Assembly: GCA_000002435.2 (NCBI GenBank)
Contig: CM018793.1
Direction: 5' to 3' (one strand)
DNA from: Giardia intestinalis
Taxonomy: Eukaryota
DNA length: 64,000 bases
Part shown: piece after piece, positions 20,237 through 30,297 of the stretch
Position numbering within the stretch: position 1 is the stretch's first letter
Layout: each line of letters begins with the position of its first letter
Position numbers and translations under genes: made by a program
Notes under the pieces: model-generated
Database searches by the model: none
What the model saw: the letters and a program-made list of their open reading frames with translations, nothing else
Told to the model about the DNA's origin: nothing

Positions 20237-21526
20237 ATGTCTTTGCCCTCCACCGTGCAGCTCAACTGCGGCCAGACGCTTCCGGGCAGGTATGCAAAGT
20301 CTGCCCTGAGTGAGCACCTTTCGGACGATCATGGCATCCCCCTTCCCGAGTACATCAACCTTTATAAACATTTTGCAAGTCAGCCAGGCGTCGGTCTAGT
20401 GATTTCGGGCCACATGATGGTTTCGAGGGAAGGACGAGGAGAACTGGGGAACGTTTGCTTCTCTAAGAGCGACTTTGAGAATGCTGAGACACCCTTGATA
20501 TCTCAGCTCAAGAAAACTGTAGAGGCCTCACGCAAAGGGAACCCTGATGTCAAGTTGCTGGCGCAAATAAACCACTGCGGAAGACAGATACCGAAAAAAG
20601 TCTTGAAGGCCAACTTCACTGAAGATAGCAAGTCTCACTACAAAGGCAAGGCCATCTCCTTTTACGACCGCGCATGTCCAGGGCTCTCGCTGATGTTCCC
20701 CAAACCTCTATGCATCAAGGATGAGCTTCCATTCTTTGAAAAGGGAGATGCTGCCAATTCGCCTATTCTGAACGAGCTCGTGGAGGAGTATAGCCAGACG
20801 GCTGAATGTGTGGTCCACAAATGTGGGTACGACGGGGTCCAACTTCACACAGCTCATGGATATCTGATGAGTGATATAGTCACCAATGGAGGCTGGGCTG
20901 TGTTTAGAAAGACTCTAGAAGCATGTCGAGCGAAAATCGGGTCTAGTTCTATTTTGGGCGTTAAAATTAACATTCCCGACACGGATTTGTCTGTCAAGGA
21001 GTACAGTGATAACCTTATTGCGATCGCTAATGACGAAGCAATCCTCCTTGATTTCATCGAGTTTTCAGCTGGGAGCTATAGCAAGCCTGTGATGATGTCC
21101 TCGGCTGGACACTTCACTCTGGACTTTGGAACCATTTTCAGGCAAGCCCTAGAAACTACCAAGTCGGGTTGCAAGGTTATGGTTACAGGACGATTCACAT
21201 CTGCGGAGATGGCAGACAAGGCAATTAGTGAGTCCAAGGTGGATCTGGTTGGCTTTGGCCGCGCATTCTGCCTCCCCCAGCCGTTTGACGAAAGCACGAC
21301 ACGCATCATCCGTGGAGGGCTGCCACTTTCCAAGTTCTCTGCGTCCATCATTTATCAGCTGGCAAAGCTAGTGCCGATGGTTTCGACCGGCCCCAACACC
21401 ATGTATTGGGCGGGCTGGATGGCTAAAGTTGCACGCGGCGAAGTCTCCACAAACAAGGAGGTTGAGGACTACAAGATAAAGGGCACGGGCCTCACTTGGT
21501 ATATCTCCACGCTGATGAAACTGTAA
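20237..21526 (+). CDS. Old Yellow Enzyme-family NADH:flavin oxidoreductase (TIM barrel)
   Basis: Motifs LAQINHCGRQ (OYE QLxHxGR) and HTAHGYLMS (HxAHGYL). ATG at 20237 after AAAAAGAA. Confidence 0.65.
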   Translation: MSLPSTVQLNCGQTLPGRYAKSALSEHLSDDHGIPLPEYINLYKHFASQPGVGLVISGHMMVSREGRGELGNVCFSKSDFENAETPLISQLKKTVEASRKGNPDVKLLAQINHCGRQIPKKVLKANFTEDSKSHYKGKAISFYDRACPGLSLMFPKPLCIKDELPFFEKGDAANSPILNELVEEYSQTAECVVHKCGYDGVQLHTAHGYLMSDIVTNGGWAVFRKTLEACRAKIGSSSILGVKINIPDTDLSVKEYSDNLIAIANDEAILLDFIEFSAGSYSKPVMMSSAGHFTLDFGTIFRQALETTKSGCKVMVTGRFTSAEMADKAISESKVDLVGFGRAFCLPQPFDESTTRIIRGGLPLSKFSASIIYQLAKLVPMVSTGPNTMYWAGWMAKVARGEVSTNKEVEDYKIKGTGLTWYISTLMKL

Positions 21527-21545
21527 ATGATCGTTTATTGAAGAG

Positions 21546-24500
21546 TCATCCAATGTGCTGGCGAAGCAGGGCCTCGATTGACTTCTTAATCTCTGCATTG
21601 GCATGTCTAGCGGCTTCTGTGGCATAATGAAGAGCGGATCTGCCCCTTCTGTCGCGAAGCCGAATCTCCTTAGGGATAAGCATACGAACGCAGTCTATGT
21701 GGCCAAACTGGCAAGCCCACATGAGGGCTGTTGTGCCCCATGCAGTCTGAATCTTAGCCTCACTTCCTATCAGCAGAGCAACTATCTGTTTATGGCCTGC
21801 GCCTGCAGCCAGCATAAGAGCGGTAATCCCCTCGGCATCCTGCAGCGCGCCCTGCGTTGGTATAAGAGACCACACTGCGTAAACATCATTGTTCTCGGCC
21901 GCAGACATGAGCTGTGTCCTTGTTCCGTTCACGCGCTCGATGGGTTCTACTTCAAGGCCCTCAGCCTTGCGCAGCTTCTCTGCAACTTCGTAGTGTCCTC
22001 GGTGAAGGGCAATGTGGATTGCCATTTGCCCTGATGAATCCTTTATCCCAGCTTCTTTTTCCAACAGAAGAGGCACGGAGCTCACTCTATTGTATTCAGC
22101 CGCAAGCATAAGTGCCGTCTTGCCATCTGGGGCAACTTGTCCGGCATACTCCAGGTTAGCTTCGATGTCTGATGCCTTGCCTTTCATAATGGCTCTCATA
22201 AGAGGAGTGTATGTAGCCAATCGTGCCTCTAGTAACGCGCTAGCTTGTTCGCCCGATAGTCCGAACGTCATCTTAAGTGCTCCCTTAGATCTCTCCTCCA
22301 GCTTTGGAGCAACGTGGTTGTCTGTGTCATAAAACTCTATGTGGTGCGAAGCCGAAACCTTGGAGGTCTTTTGCGAGGATTTATGCGAAGAAGACACATG
22401 CTTGGAAGAAGAGGCACTGGATCGAGAACGCGATTTCGATGACGAGCGCACAGAATTCCTACTAGCATTAGCCGCGGAACCCTTTTTGTCCTCAACCATC
22501 TGCAGCTCTCCGCCGATAGCATTGGTCAGCTCGTGTTTGAGCTTTTCGTTTTCCTCAGCTAGTTCGTCTATCTGCTCCTCGAGCTTTGTTGTGGTGTCCA
22601 CCAAGGCCTTGACCACGATGTCATGGTTGAAGGTTTCTTCCTCAGTTATTCTAGCAATTGCAGCAACGACCTTGGCTGCGGCTGAGACAGACCGAACATT
22701 CCGGCTAATGGCTGAAGGCTGCGCCTTCGCAGCCTTCTTCATCTTCTCGTTCTCCTTTTCTAGGGTTTCCAGGCGGTTCACGACATTATCAAGCTGCTTC
22801 TTCTGCTTTTTGAGAGCCGACTCTTGCGACTTTGAGTGAGCAAGGCTACTATCGAGTGCCGCGAGTATTTGTTTCTTTTCGTCAATGGTGCGTTGTAGAC
22901 AGTCTTCCACAATCTTTAGTTCATTGATGTGCTGTTGTCGGTTCTCTGCAGTATCTGTTTCTTTCTCCAAATCAATCCCCACGCTACGTGCCGGGGGCAC
23001 ATTCATATCGATAAGACCGCTCTTCACCAACATCGAATCAGTGCCTCCGTGGCTACCAAAACTCTTGTGCACTGCAGCCTCTGCATCAGGAGTCTCAGTG
23101 CGCACATTTTCAAGTGTAGCACAATGGTGCGATTCTGTATGATTGCCTTCATCTTTTGTGCTCCCTGGACGCGGTTGTGCAGACGTAGCACTATGAAGCT
23201 TCTTCTCTGTTATGCGAAGAAGATCCTTGGTTTCACTGAGCTGCTCGGATTGGAGCCTAAACTCAAGATTAAGCGACTGATATTTCTGTTCAAGGCTTTC
23301 GTTTTTCGCCGTTAGACGATCTAGCTTTCCTTTCAACAGCTTCAGCTGAGTTTCTTGTGTCTCTACCTGCATTTGCAGCTCATCACGCTCCTGTCTAAGG
23401 TCACTTAGTTCTGCCTCATTAGACTCATTCTGTGTAGCGTTGTTACCAATTGCTGACTCTATGTCTGCAATTGCCTTGAACATATTTTCTTTCTTGAGTG
23501 ATTGCTCTGTCTCCTCTAGTTTTTGTTCTAAGACATTGCACTTGTCCTTGGCATCTCTAAGAGCTTCCTGGAGCGCTACTATTTCAATCTGCTTAGCGTC
23601 CAGCTCTGCACTCTTCTCCCCATGCTCTAATGTTTTGTTTGCAAGCCTGTTTTCTGTGTCTACTAAAGTGTTCTCGGTATTCTTCAAAGTACATAACAGT
23701 TGGTCATTTTCTGCCCTCAGATCATTCACCTCTGCCTGAAGCTTCTCTTGAATTGCAGATTGCTCTGCTAGTTGAGCAGAAAGATCATCAATGGAGTTCT
23801 GCTGACCATTCTTCTCCAACAGCTCTGCCACTTGGTGAGTTGCATCACTCAGCTTATCTGTTAGCTCTTGCACCTCTCTACGCAAGCACTCTTCCTGACC
23901 AGTGAGTGTGTCCCTTTGTTCCTTTAACTCCACTACTTCATCTCGGGCGCTGGAGAGGTTCACAACTAGCTCAGAGTTACGGCCCTCAAGCTCCTGCAAA
24001 AGAGCCTGAAGTCTCTCGATTTCAGCATCCTTGTCAGCAGCAAGAGCTTCAATGGCTGACGCATCAGAATCCTTCTTGTCAGTGATGTTCATTATGTAAA
24101 GAGCAAGGCTGTCATGTCCATTTGCTTGAGCATTTTCTGCAGCTGCCATTCGTGCTGATGTGTCAAAGGGACACTCATGCAGTAGACTCTCCACACACTC
24201 ATGATGTCCGGCCCTCGACGCATAGTCCAACGCAGTTAGTCCCATGTTATCAGACTCGTTCCCGTAATGGAAGAATAGAACACGGAGCGCGTGTATACTT
24301 CCTGCTTCTGCTGCAACCATTAGAGGAGTCACGGAGTCATCTCTTCGGCAATCTGAAAGATAGGGGAGGAGAATTGGAATGCACGACGATACATCCAGCT
24401 TAGCGGCCAGCATGAGCGCATTGTCCCCATCATTGTTTGTAAGCTTTGCTTCTTGCTCAACTAATAGTCTGACCATTTTCGGATCATCGTTTTGTACTGC

Positions 24501-24620
24501 GAGCATCAGACCCGTAAGCCCGTCTGCATTCTGGGTCCCAGCAAACAAGGAGATGCCTTCCTGGACTGTGTGGTAGTCACGCGACACAATAGCGTCAAAC
24601 CAGCGCTCTGGGTCGTCCAT
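21546..24620 (-). CDS. Protein 21.1-type ankyrin-repeat / coiled-coil protein (1024 aa)
   Basis: N-terminal MDDPERWFDAIV...GLTGLMLAV ankyrin-like repeats, a central heptad-rich E/L/K/Q region, and C-terminal ankyrin repeats (TALMLAA, TALMWAC). ATG at 24620 with AT-rich upstream. Confidence 0.75.
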   Translation of the reverse strand: MDDPERWFDAIVSRDYHTVQEGISLFAGTQNADGLTGLMLAVQNDDPKMVRLLVEQEAKLTNNDGDNALMLAAKLDVSSCIPILLPYLSDCRRDDSVTPLMVAAEAGSIHALRVLFFHYGNESDNMGLTALDYASRAGHHECVESLLHECPFDTSARMAAAENAQANGHDSLALYIMNITDKKDSDASAIEALAADKDAEIERLQALLQELEGRNSELVVNLSSARDEVVELKEQRDTLTGQEECLRREVQELTDKLSDATHQVAELLEKNGQQNSIDDLSAQLAEQSAIQEKLQAEVNDLRAENDQLLCTLKNTENTLVDTENRLANKTLEHGEKSAELDAKQIEIVALQEALRDAKDKCNVLEQKLEETEQSLKKENMFKAIADIESAIGNNATQNESNEAELSDLRQERDELQMQVETQETQLKLLKGKLDRLTAKNESLEQKYQSLNLEFRLQSEQLSETKDLLRITEKKLHSATSAQPRPGSTKDEGNHTESHHCATLENVRTETPDAEAAVHKSFGSHGGTDSMLVKSGLIDMNVPPARSVGIDLEKETDTAENRQQHINELKIVEDCLQRTIDEKKQILAALDSSLAHSKSQESALKKQKKQLDNVVNRLETLEKENEKMKKAAKAQPSAISRNVRSVSAAAKVVAAIARITEEETFNHDIVVKALVDTTTKLEEQIDELAEENEKLKHELTNAIGGELQMVEDKKGSAANASRNSVRSSSKSRSRSSASSSKHVSSSHKSSQKTSKVSASHHIEFYDTDNHVAPKLEERSKGALKMTFGLSGEQASALLEARLATYTPLMRAIMKGKASDIEANLEYAGQVAPDGKTALMLAAEYNRVSSVPLLLEKEAGIKDSSGQMAIHIALHRGHYEVAEKLRKAEGLEVEPIERVNGTRTQLMSAAENNDVYAVWSLIPTQGALQDAEGITALMLAAGAGHKQIVALLIGSEAKIQTAWGTTALMWACQFGHIDCVRMLIPKEIRLRDRRGRSALHYATEAARHANAEIKKSIEALLRQHIG

Positions 24621-24790
24621 AGCTTACTCTAATTTTAAATTTTGAACTTTATCGCAACTTATAACTTCTTGCTAGAACTCTGGAATCTCCTTAAACCGGG
24701 AGGTGTATGATGGCAGTCGATTGATCGGGAGTTAGTACCATGTTTTTATGACTTTACATAAGGTCTTGCCACTTCACAATCGAGGAGTAT

Positions 24791-27700
24791 TTACATGTTT
24801 GACTCCACATAGGATAAAACCTTTGCTCGCGTCTTAAAATCAACGCTACTACAGGGGTATCTTGCATAGGAAAGGGCCGTCTTTCCACTGGTGCTGACTA
24901 TAGATTTTTCTTTGTGGAAAAGAAGACGCACAATGGACAAGTGCCCATAGAAACACGCTAACATCAATGCAGTTTGATGGGGAGCTAACAGTGAATCGGG
25001 AGACCCGACAAGACCGCATTCTTTGTCTGCTAGAAACTGGCAGATTGAGAGGTGGCCATTGCGGGCTGCCAACATCAGGGCAGATCCGCCCTGTAAATTT
25101 TGTTTCCCCGCTTCATCTCCCAATTCGGCCAAGATGCGAACAATGGGATACGCTCCTTTTTCCGCAGCATACATGAGTGCCGTATAGCCATTTCGGTCTT
25201 GAACTCCTGCTTGGAGCGGCAGCAGGCAGTAGACAGCAACAATATCATTGCGCTGGACAGCCATCATTAGGTCTGTAAGGCCATTATCAGGCGTCATCAA
25301 GGTGGTGATACTAAGAGAGCTAGTCGCAAGACTCTCTGTACAATTGCCTTTGGCTCTCCTTAAGACAGGAACACCTGCTGTATTTATCCCTTCCCTCTTC
25401 ACAAGGAGATCTGCGATGGCGAAGTGACTATTATGTAGGCTTATACTAAGGGCTGTCTCCCCCGCCTTACTGACCATTCCTGCCTCAGAACTAAGTAGCC
25501 GTGTCACGGCATCAAGATTGTTACACTCAGCAGCAACCATGAGGGCAGTCTTTCCATCAGGAGTTGTCATTCCTGCTTGGTCAATATAGACTGAAAGCCC
25601 TACTCGATCTCGTTTTAGGACAGCAGTCATAAGGTCTGTGTAACCTGACAGCTTACTTAGCGACGGGGCCTCTGCACTAGTATCAGCATTATTCTGATAC
25701 ACCAGTGCTCTGTATGCCTCTTTGATTTGACTCAACTCAGCCGATAGCTGACTGTTCTCGTACTGCAAATTCCGAATGTCACTGGCATTATCAGATAGAG
25801 ACTTATGTTCGTTGATAATATCGTGCGGTTCTTCTTGATTAGAAGGTTCAGAATGCACATTACTGACATCCATGGTATAGTGAGACATAAGACATGCCTG
25901 CTGAGAACGGATCGACTGTTCTCCCTCATTGTAATTTAACGACTTTTCATTGATGCCGATCCCAATAGACCTATTTGCCATCAAAGACGTATTCAATGAG
26001 GCACTCTTGTTTAGTAAGCTTGTTTCTATGCTACGATTAACTTGCTCAATTAGATTATTATATTGTTCCTCATCAATGTTCAAAGCGGAAAGAGCAACGT
26101 CTTCCATGGCCTTCTGCAAATCAGGTGACTCTCCTTGGAGTTTAGAAATAAGAAGCTTAAGCCCATCAATTTCGTTTTCCTTTTCTAAAATAACGCGTAT
26201 ATGTGCTTCTAGTTGTTCTCTCGTTGATAGAAGTTCCTCACGCACGATGTTATAATTGTTCAAATACTCTTCTGCGCGAGTCCTAAAATACGACGTTTCT
26301 TGAATCTGTTCATTGAGACGTGTGTTGAGGTCATTAACTATATTATCATACTCGGCATCATGTTGGGGCTCATCGCATGCTAACGTTGCACATGCTGAGC
26401 CAGGAGTTACTTTTTTGCTGTCACGACTTGCAGGACACGTTTGAATGGATACGTCTGCACTTGTTACTATCCGTGATTGCGCGCTGATCGTCTTGGGTTC
26501 CTTTCTCAGACCCTCGAGCTCTTTCTCAAGCTCCTCAAGTTGCTTGCACTTCCGTACATATCCATCCTTATACTTCTTTGACTTGTGCTTTAGGTCCTCT
26601 GCCTCTGTGCTACGGGATTGCACAATTTCCAAAGCTGCCTTTAGCTCGGCATTGGCCATCCGAAGCTCTAGAACCTCCTTGTGCGCGATCTCCAATCCAT
26701 GCTCATACTTTGCAAGCTCTTGTGCAGTAGCTTCCTTAATGGCATCACTGCTGAAACTCTTTGAATCGATATATGCGGTCTTATACTTCTTAACCTTTTG
26801 CTTCAGCTCACTAATCTCATCCTCTTTGGAACGAATAGTGGAGGAAAGCTCGTCTGTAATTTTATTGATGGATAGAGTCTTTACCTCTAACTCAGAGCGC
26901 AAATGCATGAGCTCTCTATTCATTTGGTCCTCTAGTGACTGTTTAGCATCTAAGGTTGCTCTGCTCAGCTCTGTTGAAAGTTTGTGATTTTCATTACGAA
27001 GCAGGTCTAACTCAGACCGAAGAACTTGGTGATGATCCAATAGTTCCGAATGCTCTATGGAGAGATGCCTGAGACGATTGTCGGAATCTTCCATTGCAAC
27101 TTTAGCTTCATCTAGAGCCTTTTTCATGGTGCTATTCTCAGCTGTTACAACCTTAAGTGTGGCCTCTAATTCAATTACTTTAGACTTAGCTGTTGCCACA
27201 CTCTCGTTAGTGGCGTCCAATCTTTTCAGAAGGTCCTCATTAAGAATTAGGGTAGAATCTAGCTTTACCTCTTTCGAAATTAAGTCCTGTCGCGTTTGTG
27301 ACAAGGTATCTTCGACTGCCTTTTTATCATGTGCTAGCTCAAGATTATCTCTCTTTAAGGCAAAGATCTCTTGATCAAGGGCACTGAGTCTTGCTTGAAG
27401 CTCTTCATTAGTCATCTTCTCTGTCTCTAGCATGCGTTTATTGACCATGTCAGTAGTTGCAAGGTCCAACTTATGCTCTAGTGTACTAATCTGAATCTCT
27501 TTCATGTGCTTTTCTTCAGTAAGGCCCTCCACCGCACGCGTCTTGCTATCCAGCTCTGCATGGAAGGCGTGTGATTGTGCAGATAGAAGGTTTCTCAATT
27601 CATCTATCTGCGAATCCTGTGTATTCTTAAGAGCGGTTACCTCGTCAAAGGCCGCTCGTAGTTCTTGGTAGCTGGTCATGAGGGTGTCTCTATCTAGCCT

Positions 27701-30259
27701 TAGTGTCTCCGTGATCTGTTTCAAATGTAAATTTTCATGGTTCATTTCCATGACTGAGTCACGACAGTGGTTGAGTTCTTCTTCGTAGACCCCTATTCTT
27801 TCTGTCAAAAGCTGGTTATCTTCGATAACCTGAGTTAGCAGTAATTCTTTCTTTTTAAGCTCGTCATACCTCATTACTACCTCCATATGCTCCTCCTTAA
27901 GCTTATGTATCTCTTCTGACTCAACGTGGAGAGTCTGCACGGAAGTCTCGAAGAGCTCTGGCTTAGCGTCCACGAAGGATGTCTGAATTATATTTGATGA
28001 TAGAAGTGGGGACGGGGGCAGCTGTACCAGTTGTGTTGAGGTGGAGAGACATGCATCTGAAACCAGCATACTAGTTTGGATCTCTACACACGATTGAGGC
28101 GGCACATATTGCTTAGCAGTCGGCACTAGCTCTGTTACAGACTCTTGCTGCTGAACCATAGAGAGGTGATTACTGTTCTCCTCTGGCAACTGCTTGACTT
28201 GTTTTTCCGTTGCGTCATGTGGAGACTTACTCGTTAATAACGGTGTGAATAGCTGAAGAGAATGCTCTAGCTCATGGCCCTTGGATACAGAGGCAGTAGA
28301 GTCGCTGTCATGAATAGCACTAATAGATCTGTCCGTGAGCTTCGGAGATAGAGGCTGCTCCATACTGGTGGAATGTGAAACAACTAGCTTAGCTTTGGAA
28401 GGGGAGTCTAACAGAAGAGTTAATCGCGCAATTTCAGCGTCTTTGCCTTTGATGATCTGTTCAACCTCCGCTTCAAATTGAATCTTTTCGTCCTTGACTC
28501 CTATCAATTCTTCACTGAGAAGCTGAACAGTGTCTGTTAGCTGAGCAATTTCAAGTTTTAGTTGTTCAATCTCAACGTCGTTACCACAGTCTTTGAGTCC
28601 AGAGGGCAATGGAGTATGAGAAGTGGGCATTAAGGTGGCTACCTGGGATAGTGGAGCAGTAGGAATCTTAGACGTGGAGAACCGCTTGGGCTGTACTGGA
28701 GCTGGGATGGCCACTGAGCACTCTAGCGAAGTCTCGCACACCTGGATGCCAAGGGAATCTGTAAGGGTCTTAGGTAAACCCCGTTGGGTATCAGCAGTCG
28801 TAAGCGCCAAAAGTTCGTCCTGAAGTGTCATGTTTCTCCTTTCCAAATCAGAGATACTCTGTCGAGCAGTTTCCAACTCAGTTTGCAAGGCGTGTACATC
28901 TGGCTTACTAGTTGATTGGCTCAGTGCGGATATGTCTGGTGAGGCATATGTAGAAATATGTTGAGGTTGTGGTTTTAAACAATCAATCTCAGCCAGGGTA
29001 GTCGTCTTTATAAAGGCATCTCTTGTAATTGGATAGACCTCAACGGATTTATCGAATGCTTGAGTCTGCGGTGGCGTTACCTTTTCAAGTTCTACCAGCT
29101 TATGCTTCAAACTTGCTACCTCCTCTTGTAAATGGGAGATATCCATGTTCTTGGAAGCCAGGAGCTGATTGTCCTCATCACGAGCAGCAAGTAAAAAGTG
29201 CAAGTCTTCTTTCAGGCCCTTGATTTCATTATCCTTTGTTACAATTAATGCCTCCAGCTCTCTGGTTCTTGTTTTCATCTGTTCGAGCTCCGCTTGGCAT
29301 TGAGTGAGCTTTTCCGGAACGGTATTAAATGTTGACGAATCTATTTTGTTAACAGTATCAGTTAATTGAACAACCCTTCTCTGAGCTTCTGACAAGGTAT
29401 TACGAAGATTGCTATTGTCTAAATTTTCTAGATGCAAGCTAGATTGGGACAAGTGACCTCGTTCAGAGGAGGCGGAGTTCACAAGTCGCTTCCCAGCCGG
29501 GTCCGTGTGTCCATGGTCGCCGTCTTCGTGCATTTCAGATACATCAGAAACGCTTCTGTTTAGTTTCATTGGAGTTTCGGAATACTTTGGAATTTGGGGG
29601 TACTCTAATGTGTCGGGTGCGAACTTGGCAGTACGAGCGATGGTACTTGTGAATAGATCACTAGCAGAGCTGTCGCCAAGTGTTCCTAGAGCTGATTTAA
29701 ACATAGTGTTGCGCACGGTATTCAGATAGGTGACTATATCAAAGTGCTTGCGAGCCATTGCAATGTTGACCGCATGCTCCAGATCGTCTGGGGTGAGATC
29801 CTGCCTCTTAACAATAAGCTGGACACATTCTAAATAGCCCTCACCTGCGGCATAATCCAGGGCGCTGGTTCCGTTATTATCTCGAATGGCCGGAAAATGA
29901 TCCACTAGCGCGTCCACGGCACTAGTATTACCTACTTGCGCGGCAAGCATCAAGGCATCGCGTCCATCACAGAGCAGACAATCCTTTTCGGATGCTACAA
30001 GGAACCTACACGCTTTTGCCTTATCACAAAGAGCAGCAACTATCAGTGCCGTCTGATTATCATCATTAGCCAGCCCTGCTTCATAAGGGAGAAGGATTTG
30101 TATCACTTTTGTATCTCCTTGCCGCGCAGCAAGCATAAGGCCTGTGTCTCCATACTTATCCCGTGAGCCTTGGAAAACAGCGGCCAGCTCTATAATCTTT
30201 GAGTAGTTCTTCTCCTCGATGGCAGAAAACCAGACCATCGCATCCTCCCGCCGTGTCAT
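24791..30259 (-). CDS. Protein 21.1-type ankyrin-repeat / long coiled-coil protein (~1822 aa)
   Basis: Ankyrin repeats at both ends and a ~1300-aa coiled-coil. The ORF-track start at 30343 lies in a GC-rich stretch. The ATG at 30259 (MTRREDAMVWFSAIEE) is preceded by AAATCTAAATTTCTAAC and matches the family N-terminus. Confidence 0.7.
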   Translation of the reverse strand: MTRREDAMVWFSAIEEKNYSKIIELAAVFQGSRDKYGDTGLMLAARQGDTKVIQILLPYEAGLANDDNQTALIVAALCDKAKACRFLVASEKDCLLCDGRDALMLAAQVGNTSAVDALVDHFPAIRDNNGTSALDYAAGEGYLECVQLIVKRQDLTPDDLEHAVNIAMARKHFDIVTYLNTVRNTMFKSALGTLGDSSASDLFTSTIARTAKFAPDTLEYPQIPKYSETPMKLNRSVSDVSEMHEDGDHGHTDPAGKRLVNSASSERGHLSQSSLHLENLDNSNLRNTLSEAQRRVVQLTDTVNKIDSSTFNTVPEKLTQCQAELEQMKTRTRELEALIVTKDNEIKGLKEDLHFLLAARDEDNQLLASKNMDISHLQEEVASLKHKLVELEKVTPPQTQAFDKSVEVYPITRDAFIKTTTLAEIDCLKPQPQHISTYASPDISALSQSTSKPDVHALQTELETARQSISDLERRNMTLQDELLALTTADTQRGLPKTLTDSLGIQVCETSLECSVAIPAPVQPKRFSTSKIPTAPLSQVATLMPTSHTPLPSGLKDCGNDVEIEQLKLEIAQLTDTVQLLSEELIGVKDEKIQFEAEVEQIIKGKDAEIARLTLLLDSPSKAKLVVSHSTSMEQPLSPKLTDRSISAIHDSDSTASVSKGHELEHSLQLFTPLLTSKSPHDATEKQVKQLPEENSNHLSMVQQQESVTELVPTAKQYVPPQSCVEIQTSMLVSDACLSTSTQLVQLPPSPLLSSNIIQTSFVDAKPELFETSVQTLHVESEEIHKLKEEHMEVVMRYDELKKKELLLTQVIEDNQLLTERIGVYEEELNHCRDSVMEMNHENLHLKQITETLRLDRDTLMTSYQELRAAFDEVTALKNTQDSQIDELRNLLSAQSHAFHAELDSKTRAVEGLTEEKHMKEIQISTLEHKLDLATTDMVNKRMLETEKMTNEELQARLSALDQEIFALKRDNLELAHDKKAVEDTLSQTRQDLISKEVKLDSTLILNEDLLKRLDATNESVATAKSKVIELEATLKVVTAENSTMKKALDEAKVAMEDSDNRLRHLSIEHSELLDHHQVLRSELDLLRNENHKLSTELSRATLDAKQSLEDQMNRELMHLRSELEVKTLSINKITDELSSTIRSKEDEISELKQKVKKYKTAYIDSKSFSSDAIKEATAQELAKYEHGLEIAHKEVLELRMANAELKAALEIVQSRSTEAEDLKHKSKKYKDGYVRKCKQLEELEKELEGLRKEPKTISAQSRIVTSADVSIQTCPASRDSKKVTPGSACATLACDEPQHDAEYDNIVNDLNTRLNEQIQETSYFRTRAEEYLNNYNIVREELLSTREQLEAHIRVILEKENEIDGLKLLISKLQGESPDLQKAMEDVALSALNIDEEQYNNLIEQVNRSIETSLLNKSASLNTSLMANRSIGIGINEKSLNYNEGEQSIRSQQACLMSHYTMDVSNVHSEPSNQEEPHDIINEHKSLSDNASDIRNLQYENSQLSAELSQIKEAYRALVYQNNADTSAEAPSLSKLSGYTDLMTAVLKRDRVGLSVYIDQAGMTTPDGKTALMVAAECNNLDAVTRLLSSEAGMVSKAGETALSISLHNSHFAIADLLVKREGINTAGVPVLRRAKGNCTESLATSSLSITTLMTPDNGLTDLMMAVQRNDIVAVYCLLPLQAGVQDRNGYTALMYAAEKGAYPIVRILAELGDEAGKQNLQGGSALMLAARNGHLSICQFLADKECGLVGSPDSLLAPHQTALMLACFYGHLSIVRLLFHKEKSIVSTSGKTALSYARYPCSSVDFKTRAKVLSYVESNM

Positions 30260-30297
30260 CAAGGTGTCTGTTAGAAATTTAGATTTACTAGTTTGGC

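Noticed and set aside
20159-20371. 70-aa minus-strand ORF overlapping the OYE gene start
   Set aside because: It overlaps the AT-rich initiator and N-terminus of a well-supported plus-strand gene, has no start context, and is likely spurious.
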